Program-made: the position numbers and the translations under genes | Part shown: positions 56,157-64,000 of the stretch, piece by piece | How the letters are laid out: each line of letters opens with the position of its first letter | Position numbering within the stretch: the first letter of the stretch is position 1 | Source of the DNA: Bacteroidota bacterium | GTDB lineage: Bacteria; Bacteroidota; Bacteroidia; Flavobacteriales; Flavobacteriaceae | Direction of reading: 5' to 3' | Assembly (NCBI GenBank): GCA_051748125.1 | Contig: JBNJHC010000008.1 | Location: 43,975 to 107,974, forward strand | DNA length: 64,000 nucleotides | The notes under the pieces: model-generated | What the model was told of the DNA's origin: nothing | Database searches by the model: none | Seen by the model: only the letters and a program-made list of their open reading frames with translations

Positions 56157-57560
56157 ATGAGTAATTCTTTTGACGCTACTGCTCAAAAAAAGTTAATGGA
56201 TATCACCTTACACGTAGGAATTGGTGTTGTTTTGAGTGTCTTAGGCTTTCTAGGGACCTTCTATTTTTTAATGATTTTAGCTTATTTTTTTATCCAAATC
56301 TTTAAGCAAAAAGACAAGACTTATTTTGTTTTAGCTGGAGCCGCTTATATAGCCTCAGCAGAAGTTTTTTTGCGGATGACTAGCGCCATACCATTTTGGG
56401 AAATGGGGAAGTATATGGTAATTCTATTTATGTTGGTCGGTATGTTTTACAAGGGATTTAAGTTACAAGCTTGGCCTATTCTGATATTTATTATGTTGCT
56501 ATTGCCCGGAGTTTATATTTCGTATCTGAATAACGACTTTATTGACGAGAGCTTTCGTAAAACAATTTTGTTTAACCTTTCAGGCCCTTTGTCGCTGTTT
56601 GCTACGGCCTTGTTTTGTTATCAACGCAAAGTGAAGTTTAAAGAAATGATGAAGTTGGTTGATGTAATGATATTGCCGATTATTTCTATGACCATCTATA
56701 TTATTTTGTACTCACCTTCATTAGAAGAAGTAGTTTTTACAACTGATTCTAATGCGGTAACTTCTGGAGGGTTTAGTGGGAACCAGGTTTCAACAGTATT
56801 AGGATTCGGGATGTTTTTAGCGTATGTTCGATTTTTAATACCACATCGATTTATACTATTACGTTTGCTTAATATTGTATTCTTAGGACTCTTTACTTAT
56901 CGCGCCTTATTAACTTTTTCTCGTGGAGGAGTAGTTACTGCTGTCCTAATGATGCTGGTATTTACGTTGCTATATTTTAATTGGGCACCATTAGTGGCTA
57001 AGGCAAAAGCAACAATTAAATTAGCTGGAGTTGGGTTTGGTGGTTTTTTATTGTGGGGTGTAGCAATGGCAGCAACTGGGGGATTAATTTTTAATCGCTA
57101 TACGGGTAAAAATATAATAGGTGAAGAAAAAGATATTACTACGGGTCGTTTAGATATTTTAGCAGAAGAATTAGCTGCTTTTTTAGAAAACCCAGTTTTT
57201 GGAGTAGGTGTAGGTTTAGGAAAGTTATTTCGTTTTGAACAAACAGGAATAAGTGCAGCTTCTCATAATGAAGTATCTCGAATGTTAGGAGAACATGGTT
57301 CTTTAGGTATTTTAGCTTTATTGATTTTGCTTAGCGTGCCTGTAGGCTTTTTCTTATTTAAAGCCAAGAACCTTTTTTTAGTGCCATTAGTTGCTTTTTG
57401 GTTTTTAACCATTAATCATTCTTCTATGCGGGTAGCTTTACCGGGGTTTTTATATGGTTTGGCATTGTTGCAATTAACGTATCCTAGTAAAAAAGAAAAG
57501 GCAAAAGTCACGAAGAAATCTATAAAAAAGAAACCTCGCGTTGGGGTTTTAGCCAATTAA
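56157..57560 (+). CDS. O-antigen ligase / Wzy-like polymerase family membrane protein
   Basis: At least 10 hydrophobic segments and a Wzy_C-like loop (LTFSRGG..., SHNEVSRMLGEHGSLG). Confidence 0.8.
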   Translation: MSNSFDATAQKKLMDITLHVGIGVVLSVLGFLGTFYFLMILAYFFIQIFKQKDKTYFVLAGAAYIASAEVFLRMTSAIPFWEMGKYMVILFMLVGMFYKGFKLQAWPILIFIMLLLPGVYISYLNNDFIDESFRKTILFNLSGPLSLFATALFCYQRKVKFKEMMKLVDVMILPIISMTIYIILYSPSLEEVVFTTDSNAVTSGGFSGNQVSTVLGFGMFLAYVRFLIPHRFILLRLLNIVFLGLFTYRALLTFSRGGVVTAVLMMLVFTLLYFNWAPLVAKAKATIKLAGVGFGGFLLWGVAMAATGGLIFNRYTGKNIIGEEKDITTGRLDILAEELAAFLENPVFGVGVGLGKLFRFEQTGISAASHNEVSRMLGEHGSLGILALLILLSVPVGFFLFKAKNLFLVPLVAFWFLTINHSSMRVALPGFLYGLALLQLTYPSKKEKAKVTKKSIKKKPRVGVLAN

Positions 57561-57563
57561 ACT

Positions 57564-58586
57564 ATGCCTAAAACAATTGTATATATCGGTAATCGCCTGG
57601 CTAAAAAAGGCAATAATGTAACCTCAATAGAAACACTCGGTAATTTTTTAGCAAATGAAAATTACCGTGTAATTAAATATTCTTCGGTTCAGTTTCCGTT
57701 TTTAAGATTGATTGATATGCTTTGGGGAATTGTTAAAAATCAAGCTAAAGCAGATTTTATTTTAATCGACACTTATAGTAGTTTAGCCTTTTGGTTCGCT
57801 TATTTATCTGCTAAGCTAAGCAGAGCTTTCAATATAGTTTATATTCCTATTTTAAGGGGTGGTGATTTACCCAAACGTTTGCAAAAAAATCCCAAACAAT
57901 GTCGAGAATTGTTCGGGAATGCTTATGTTAATATTGCGCCTTCGCCGTATTTGCTGTCTGCTTTTGAAGATCATTCATTTCAAAATTTGCGGTACATCCC
58001 TAATACGATTGAAATTAAAAACTACAGGTTTAAAAAACGCAAAGAAATTTCGCCTAAACTTTTGTGGGTACGAGCGTTTTCAAGTGAGTATAATCCGTTG
58101 TTAGCTTTACAAGTTTTAGCAAAAGTCCTTAACAACTACCCGCAAGCAAAACTAACTATGATTGGTCCTTTTAAGGACGACTCGATTGATATTTGCCGTG
58201 CTTATGCTAAACAACACCAACTCCCAGTCGAGTTTACAGGAGGATTGCCGAAACAAGAATGGATTGAACGAGCGGCTGATTGTGATTTATTTATCAATAC
58301 AACCAATGTAGATAATACGCCTGTAAGTGTAATTGAAGCTATGGCGCTTGGCTTGCCAGTGGTTACTACCAATGTGGGAGGAATTCCGTATTTACTCTCG
58401 CACGGAGTTGATGCTTTATTGGTGAAACCCGACAATGCAAATGCCATGTGTTCCGCTATTGAACAGCTATTAAGTTCTCCTGATTTGGTAGAAAAAATAG
58501 CCGCTAATGCTTTGACTAAAGTTCAAAAATATGATTGGGAAGTAGTTAAAAAACAATGGTTTGACGTGTTTGATTCAATTGAATAA
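57564..58586 (+). CDS. Family 4 (GT-B) glycosyltransferase
   Basis: VDNTPVSVIEAMALGLPVVTTNVGGIPYLL. Confidence 0.85.
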   Translation: MPKTIVYIGNRLAKKGNNVTSIETLGNFLANENYRVIKYSSVQFPFLRLIDMLWGIVKNQAKADFILIDTYSSLAFWFAYLSAKLSRAFNIVYIPILRGGDLPKRLQKNPKQCRELFGNAYVNIAPSPYLLSAFEDHSFQNLRYIPNTIEIKNYRFKKRKEISPKLLWVRAFSSEYNPLLALQVLAKVLNNYPQAKLTMIGPFKDDSIDICRAYAKQHQLPVEFTGGLPKQEWIERAADCDLFINTTNVDNTPVSVIEAMALGLPVVTTNVGGIPYLLSHGVDALLVKPDNANAMCSAIEQLLSSPDLVEKIAANALTKVQKYDWEVVKKQWFDVFDSIE

Positions 58587-58685
58587 CTCGTTTACAATTT
58601 ATAAATCAGTTGTACCTGCTGATAATTAACTAAACATTAGAAAAATACTAAAAAGCACCCGCTTATATTTGCCAAAAGACCTCGT

Positions 58686-60287
58686 ATGACCGAAAGTTTA
58701 CCTTATTGTAAGACGTTTTACTTTTCTCGTCTATTTCAAGATTATATCGATCAAAAAACTAGCTTAACTAAGCTTTACAATCGGTTTCCACATATCGATA
58801 ATTTTGCGCAACAACTCGAAGAAAAACAAAATTCTTTTTCGGTTGAAAGGCGAAAAACTTTGGTTGAAGTTTTACAACATCAATATAAAAATACCGCTGT
58901 TTCTGAAGCAACACAATTTCACTTTACCAATTTAACGAAAGAAAATACGTTCACCGTTACTACGGGACACCAACTCAATATTTTTACGGGCCCTTTATAT
59001 TTTTTGTATAAAATTGTTTCCGCTATTGAGCTTTGTCGCGAGCTTAAAGTTCATTATCCTGAACATCAGTTTGTTCCCGTGTACTGGATGGCTACAGAGG
59101 ATCATGATTTTGATGAAATCAGTTTTTTCAATTATCGAGGAAAAAAATGGGACTGGAAGCAAACCCAAGAAGGACCAGTCGGTAGAATGTCTACTAAAAG
59201 CCTTGAAAATACTGTAAACAAACTTTGTGAAAGTCTTGGGAAAAGCGATGCTGCTGAAGACTTGAAAACGCTTTTTACAAAGGCTTATCTGCAAGAACAT
59301 AATTTAGCCGATGCTACCCGGATTTTAGTAAATGAACTGTTTGGTGATTACGGTTTGGTGATTATCGACGGTGATGATCAGTCCTTAAAACAACAAGCGA
59401 TTCCTCATTTTGAAAAGGAATTATTTCACCAACAGGTTGAAAAAAACACGCAAAATGCTAACCAATATATTCAGGAATTAGGCTATTCGCTTCAAGTAAA
59501 TCCGCGTGAAATCAATTTGTTTTATATAAAAGATGGCTTGCGTGAGCGAATTGTTTCAACAGAGTCGGGTGGTTTTGCTGTTGTTAATACTGAAATCACT
59601 TTTTCGGCAACAGAAATTCAAGAAGAACTGCATCAATATCCAGAGCGATTTTCTCCCAACGTGATGATGCGTCCGCTGTATCAAGAAGTTGTTTTGCCTA
59701 ATTTGTGCTACATCGGAGGTGGCGGAGAACTCGCCTATTGGTTGCAGCTCAAGGATTATTTTGAAGCAGAAAACATTCCATTTCCAACTTTACTACCGCG
59801 AAATTCAGCTTTGTTGTACACCCAAAAACAAGCCCAAAAAGCCAAGCGACTTGAAGTAAATATCACCGATTTGTTTTTAAACACCGATGAGTTAAAAACA
59901 AAATTGACGCATCAACTTTCTACAATTGAAATTGATTTCAGTCAGCAGAAAAAATTCCTCGAGCAACAATTTGAAGATTTATACCGCATTGCTCAAAAAA
60001 CCGATGCTTCATTTGAAGGAGCTGTAGCAGCACAAGAGCAAAAACAGAAAAATGGATTAGACCATTTAGAAAAGCGCTTGCGAAAAGCCCAAAAAAGAAA
60101 GTTAGCCGATTACTTAAACCGAGTTGAAGCGCTTCAAGACGAGCTTTTTCCTCAAAAAATGTTGCAAGAACGCCACGCAAACTTTATGGAGTTTTATGAA
60201 TTTACCAATGGAAAATTAATACCGATTTTATTCGATTCATTTCAACCTTTACAAATGGATTTTAGTTTGATTTCATTGGATCGGTAA
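58686..60287 (+). CDS. bshC: Bacillithiol biosynthesis cysteine-adding enzyme BshC
   Basis: 533 aa, with TGHQLNIFTGPLYFLYKI, MATEDHDFDEI and IGGGGELAYWLQL motifs typical of BshC. Confidence 0.85.
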   Translation: MTESLPYCKTFYFSRLFQDYIDQKTSLTKLYNRFPHIDNFAQQLEEKQNSFSVERRKTLVEVLQHQYKNTAVSEATQFHFTNLTKENTFTVTTGHQLNIFTGPLYFLYKIVSAIELCRELKVHYPEHQFVPVYWMATEDHDFDEISFFNYRGKKWDWKQTQEGPVGRMSTKSLENTVNKLCESLGKSDAAEDLKTLFTKAYLQEHNLADATRILVNELFGDYGLVIIDGDDQSLKQQAIPHFEKELFHQQVEKNTQNANQYIQELGYSLQVNPREINLFYIKDGLRERIVSTESGGFAVVNTEITFSATEIQEELHQYPERFSPNVMMRPLYQEVVLPNLCYIGGGGELAYWLQLKDYFEAENIPFPTLLPRNSALLYTQKQAQKAKRLEVNITDLFLNTDELKTKLTHQLSTIEIDFSQQKKFLEQQFEDLYRIAQKTDASFEGAVAAQEQKQKNGLDHLEKRLRKAQKRKLADYLNRVEALQDELFPQKMLQERHANFMEFYEFTNGKLIPILFDSFQPLQMDFSLISLDR

Positions 60288-60473
60288 TTTGTAAAATTTG
60301 TTTTCGGTTGTCTGGCTTTGGTTTTCTGGTGTTCTCGACACTTCGACATTGTTTAGCATCGAGCGGAGTCAAGATGTAAACGGTTCTTGACACTTCAACT
60401 TCGCTCAGTACTGGTAAGCTTGAACTTGAAACAGAAAGAATTTTATAAGATACTGGAACTCATCAATACATTT

Positions 60474-61028
60474 TTAGAGAAAAAGAAAATAGGATGCAGC
60501 ATTATACAAAACGATATTAATGGAACTAAAAAGTAAGCTGTTTAAAGAATATTTGTTTCCTAAATATTTATTCATCTTGATGAAGTAAAAAACAGTTGCA
60601 AAAAGAACTATTATTGGGATTATTAACCTGTTGTTTAAAATTATTTCACTTAAACCATAATTAGGTGTTGATGAATAATATGAAAACTTAAAGTATAAGC
60701 CAGTAAAATTATCGATAATGTAAGCTAAAAGACTAAAACTGTCTGTAAGCAATAACCAAAAAGCTAAGCTGCTTAACCATTTATTTTTTTTGATGTAATA
60801 ATAACCCAAAATGATAAATGAAATCTTAACTAAAAAAAACAGCGCATAAAAAACATACACCTGAAAGTTGTTGTTTACTAAACAAATAAAACCAAAAAGC
60901 ATAAGTTTTGGCTTTACTCCAAAACTCAAGAATAAAATAAGGTTATAGATAATGTGGTTAAATAACAAGTAGAATACAATTGGTAATGTTAAATTGAATA
61001 GCTTCCATTTTATAGATAATTTGTGCAT
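60474..61028 (-). CDS. Hypothetical integral membrane protein
   Basis: 184 aa, five to six hydrophobic segments, no recognised family. Confidence 0.5.
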   Translation of the reverse strand: MHKLSIKWKLFNLTLPIVFYLLFNHIIYNLILFLSFGVKPKLMLFGFICLVNNNFQVYVFYALFFLVKISFIILGYYYIKKNKWLSSLAFWLLLTDSFSLLAYIIDNFTGLYFKFSYYSSTPNYGLSEIILNNRLIIPIIVLFATVFYFIKMNKYLGNKYSLNSLLFSSINIVLYNAASYFLFL

Positions 61029-61088
61029 AATTATAAATAATAATAATTTAATACGATTAACTATATTTAGTTACGGGAAAATTAGCAA

Positions 61089-61484
61089 TTATTTTTTAAT
61101 CTCAAAATATTTCATTAATTTTGTATGGTTATCTTGTGAAGATAGGCAGGTATCAACCCAATAGCCTTTTATTTTTGGGTATTCAGTCAAACCTCTGTAA
61201 TAGAAAAACTTAAATTCATTCTTAATAATAAATGGGACAATATTATTCTTGTTATTATAAGTGTCCAACAACTCACTAATGTGTTTTTCTACCTCATTTG
61301 GTTTGGATGTTTCAATTCCTCCCACAACATTAGGCTTTGACTTATATGCCCCAAGGCTGAACCATACTTTATTTGAGTTTGAAGTGTTTAATTTTAAGAT
61401 TTTATAAAATTTTTTAATCTGCTTTTCTGATAAAGATTCGTCAACTATTTTTAGCATATAATCAAAACACTGAAAACGATTCAC
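61089..61484 (-). CDS. Hypothetical protein (131 aa)
   Basis: ORF only. Co-oriented with its neighbours. Confidence 0.45.
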   Translation of the reverse strand: MNRFQCFDYMLKIVDESLSEKQIKKFYKILKLNTSNSNKVWFSLGAYKSKPNVVGGIETSKPNEVEKHISELLDTYNNKNNIVPFIIKNEFKFFYYRGLTEYPKIKGYWVDTCLSSQDNHTKLMKYFEIKK

Positions 61485-61500
61485 TGTTTCAATAATATCG

Positions 61501-61695
61501 TCAATGTTTGTTGTATTTGTTTCTTTTTTCAGTAAATAAGGTGTTGGTTTCGTAAATGTATCTTGTTTGTTCTTCCGATAATTGATTGCCTTCTATTCTG
61601 TTGGTATTGTAAGTTAGCCTTATTTGGGTTTTATGATAAATTCCACCTTTTAGATTGCTCGATTTTTCTTCTTGCAATGTTTCTGAAGGTTTCAT
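61501..61695 (-). pseudogene. N-terminal fragment of a Fic/DOC-family protein
   Basis: GGIYHKTQIRLTYNTNRIEGNQLSEEQTRYIYETNT matches the region upstream of the Fic core. The ORF ends after 64 aa, without the HPFxxGNG motif. Confidence 0.6.
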
Positions 61696-61832
61696 TGTAG
61701 ATAAGTTTGAATAACGAAGGTACTTTTTTTTTAAAGTTTTTCAGTTAAATTTTGAGTTTTGAAAATACACAAACCTTTCATTTCAGCACCAAATTTCGCC
61801 ATTTTTGTTATGTGCTGTTGGCAACTGTGTTT

Positions 61833-62381
61833 TTATTTTATTATTTCAATTCCTTTAGTAACATCTCTGAAAAATGATTCTAATTCCGATTTGCTTTTTT
61901 CAATCAGTTCAGTTTCTGTGATTTCCGTTTTGTTTATATCAAATAGTTTTATTTTTTGGTTTGAATACGATAAATAACTAATTGTAGAATCCGTTTCAAA
62001 ATCTCCTTGATAAAATGACTTATCATAATTATATTCCAATTGCTTGACAAATTTAAAATTCAGTTTTCCGTTTTTTTCTGTCCAATAAGTGTAATTCAGT
62101 TTTCCAAGTTCTCCATATGTCCAAAAATCATAAACAACATAATCGAATTTTTTATCGTGGAATATAATCAATTCACCACCTTCAGAAGAGTGACCAAAAA
62201 GGTCAAAAGTGTCAGTTCCAAATTCCGCTTTATTTTTCTCAAAATCTTGAAGTAATTCAAAGTCTTTAAGTTCAGAAACACTTTTTTCAACTAAATCAGT
62301 TTCCGTTTTCTTTTCAGGTTTCTGCTTTTCGCCACAAGAGTAAAATCCGATTATTAGAAAAATGATTAAAGTTTTGTTCAT
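61833..62381 (-). CDS. Putative lipoprotein, unknown function
   Basis: Internal Met gives MNKTLIIFLIIGFYSCGEK, a signal peptide plus lipobox. Confidence 0.55.
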   Translation of the reverse strand: MNKTLIIFLIIGFYSCGEKQKPEKKTETDLVEKSVSELKDFELLQDFEKNKAEFGTDTFDLFGHSSEGGELIIFHDKKFDYVVYDFWTYGELGKLNYTYWTEKNGKLNFKFVKQLEYNYDKSFYQGDFETDSTISYLSYSNQKIKLFDINKTEITETELIEKSKSELESFFRDVTKGIEIIK

Positions 62382-62541
62382 AGGTTTTTCTGACATTGTT
62401 GCCAACGTTTTCGTGTATGCGCAGTAGCGCGTAAAAATTCCAAATTTTTCAATTCAATCTCAAAGTTAGCAAATTATCGCAAACTTTGGTTTCAGTCACA
62501 AACCCAGCTATTGCGTATACACAGTGTTAGCAGTTCGGCCT

Positions 62542-64000
62542 TTATGCTCTGTTTTTTATTACATTATAAATATTCAAGTCGTTATCTATTTTTAGAAAAG
62601 CTAAGAAGATTAGTTTCAAATATGTGAAATAAGCATACTTGTGTTTTTCTACTTCATTTGGGTCAGCTTGAGTTCCGTGCAAATAGCTATTTCTTAAATC
62701 TATTCCATTCGTGAATTCACTTTTGTTCAAGAAATAATTAAAATACGCTTGTTCAGGTTTTGAAAATAATGAACTCTCAAAATAAATTATATCTTCTGTC
62801 TCCATTCTTAGAGCTTCTTCTTGAAAATCCATTGGATAATGATAATAAGAACCTACCTCATTATCGTATAAGTCTTTAAATATTAAAACTCTTGCTGGAT
62901 TTACTATTTGTATAAAATCATTTTTATCTACTTCGATAAATCCATTTTTTATGAGATAATTTAATCTTGGTTTTTGATGTTCCTCGTAACTGGTAAATTT
63001 CACTTCTTCATTTGCTAATAAATCAAAAAAAGTACTGTATTTATCGTCTTTAAATGGCTCAACATATGCCAGAAGAGTTTGGTCAGAAAAAAAAGTATTT
63101 GAAATACCAACCATTAACTGGTTACTTTCATTGAAGTAGATGTATTTCTTTGAATTTAAACTTGGAATGTCTTTTATCTTTGAAGGCGAAGATGAAATTT
63201 GTAAAAGTTCAAAATCGATGTTTCCATCCTCAACATATAATTTAAATTGTTTTAAAGCAGATTCAAATTCGGGTGCTAACAATCTCACTTTTTCAAAATA
63301 CGTGGTTGCGGTAGGAATTGAAAATCTGGCATTATCCGCAAAAGAATATTTTTCTTGTAATGCACTTGTAAAAACAAAATGAAGTATATCTTCCAGAGAG
63401 TTATTTAAATTACGAATTACTTGACTGTAACTAAAGATTTGACCTTGTGATGTCATTTCTGATAATGAAAATGAAGTTCCACCTCTATATTCATTTTGAG
63501 AGTGTACACCCATAATACGTTCGAACAAACCTAATTCACTTTTCTTGCTTACAAGATTTATTCTATTATGATTATCTAAGTATTCAAATAGGAATTTAAA
63601 ATTTAGAAATAATTGGTAAGGATTACTATTTTTTTTGATAAAATCTAAACTATAAGAATAATGCGCTATCAAATCATCATCAACAAATCCGTCTTTAATT
63701 TTTGAAGTATTCTCTGGAAAACTAATTGTTACTCCATATTTCATACCTCCATTTTCTGAAAAAAACTTTCCAGTTTCTTTTTTGTGTAAACGTTTCGCTT
63801 TCAGTCTCGTTTTATCAGAAATTTTAAAATCATTTCTATTCCTCAAATTTTCAATTAACCCTACATAATTTAAGTTTGTTTCGTTGGAATCTAAATAATT
63901 AGATACTATGATTTCTTTATGTTCGATTGTTAGACTCTTGGGAAGAACTTTTTGGTTTTTTTTAAATTCATCTTTTACCTCATAAATCGAAAGTAAAATT
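62542..64000 (-). CDS. Large hypothetical protein with a possible C-terminal HEPN-type motif (5' end outside window)
   Basis: The frame stays open upstream of the listed TTG to the window edge (..EIIVSNYLDSNETNLNYVGLIENL-RNRND..). The C-terminus carries IDLRNSYLHGT, which fits Rx4H. Confidence 0.6.
   Translation of the reverse strand, partial: ILLSIYEVKDEFKKNQKVLPKSLTIEHKEIIVSNYLDSNETNLNYVGLIENLRNRNDFKISDKTRLKAKRLHKKETGKFFSENGGMKYGVTISFPENTSKIKDGFVDDDLIAHYSYSLDFIKKNSNPYQLFLNFKFLFEYLDNHNRINLVSKKSELGLFERIMGVHSQNEYRGGTSFSLSEMTSQGQIFSYSQVIRNLNNSLEDILHFVFTSALQEKYSFADNARFSIPTATTYFEKVRLLAPEFESALKQFKLYVEDGNIDFELLQISSSPSKIKDIPSLNSKKYIYFNESNQLMVGISNTFFSDQTLLAYVEPFKDDKYSTFFDLLANEEVKFTSYEEHQKPRLNYLIKNGFIEVDKNDFIQIVNPARVLIFKDLYDNEVGSYYHYPMDFQEEALRMETEDIIYFESSLFSKPEQAYFNYFLNKSEFTNGIDLRNSYLHGTQADPNEVEKHKYAYFTYLKLIFLAFLKIDNDLNIYNVIKNRA

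Noticed and set aside
61759-62255. Plus-strand ORFs 61759-61977 and 62040-62255
   Set aside because: They are antisense to the lipoprotein ORF, which has a convincing signal peptide and lipobox. Their composition is hydrophobic and low-complexity, typical of antisense AT-rich frames.

Overview
AT-rich window that looks like Bacteroidota, probably Flavobacteriia. Supporting signs are bshC, a Bacteroidetes-type HU gene, many TAnnTTTG words, and Wza/Wzc plus Wzm/Wzt glycan genes. All calls come from reading the ORF track and the DNA by eye; no searches were run.

Layout:
- **1-10.7 kb, housekeeping:** mutS (enters from the left edge), an SRPBCC protein, an HTH-membrane protein, rhuM, tRNA-Arg(UCG), a gatB/yqeY-domain gene, argS and an SDR/DUF2867 protein.
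- **11-58.6 kb, surface-glycan locus:** wza, wzc, wzm, wzt, a nucleotide-sugar dehydrogenase, a DegT aminotransferase and an ATP-grasp/SDR fusion. It also holds neuC/neuA/neuB, about 12 glycosyltransferases, five putative sulfotransferases, a PIG-L deacetylase and a Wzy/O-antigen-ligase-like protein.
- **58.7-64 kb:** bshC, then a minus-strand accessory block with a Fic fragment and a possible HEPN-type protein that runs off the right edge.

The most unusual content is non-coding. The glycan locus is interrupted twice by accessory cassettes, at 14.2-20.3 kb and 28.4-35.9 kb. These carry higBA, a mazEF-like pair, two parE/relE-like pairs, an AlbA_2 ATPase-regulator, a DUF1016 nuclease, an HU-like gene and unknown ORFs. 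Their junctions are occupied by long conserved repeat families:
- **Family A:** a modular, TCGA-rich element.
- **Family X:** a GC-rich element built from opposed arrays of GTTGTGGGG words with mini-hairpin spacers.

Short-period word arrays (7 or 8 bp) of several unrelated motifs fill other intergenic gaps. One case is a 747-bp wzm-wzt spacer made of two inverted 8-bp arrays. Two four-helix-bundle (Avd/23S-IVS-type) gene cassettes are framed by 7-bp arrays.

Three junctions keep a duplicated 5' stub of the downstream gene: a GT2 gene, neuC and the mazE-like ORF. This points to modular insertion of blocks, two of them sulfotransferase-bearing. No integrase, transposase, CRISPR array or rRNA was seen. 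The repeat-bounded cassette architecture is the best candidate for something undescribed, but its mechanism is inference only.
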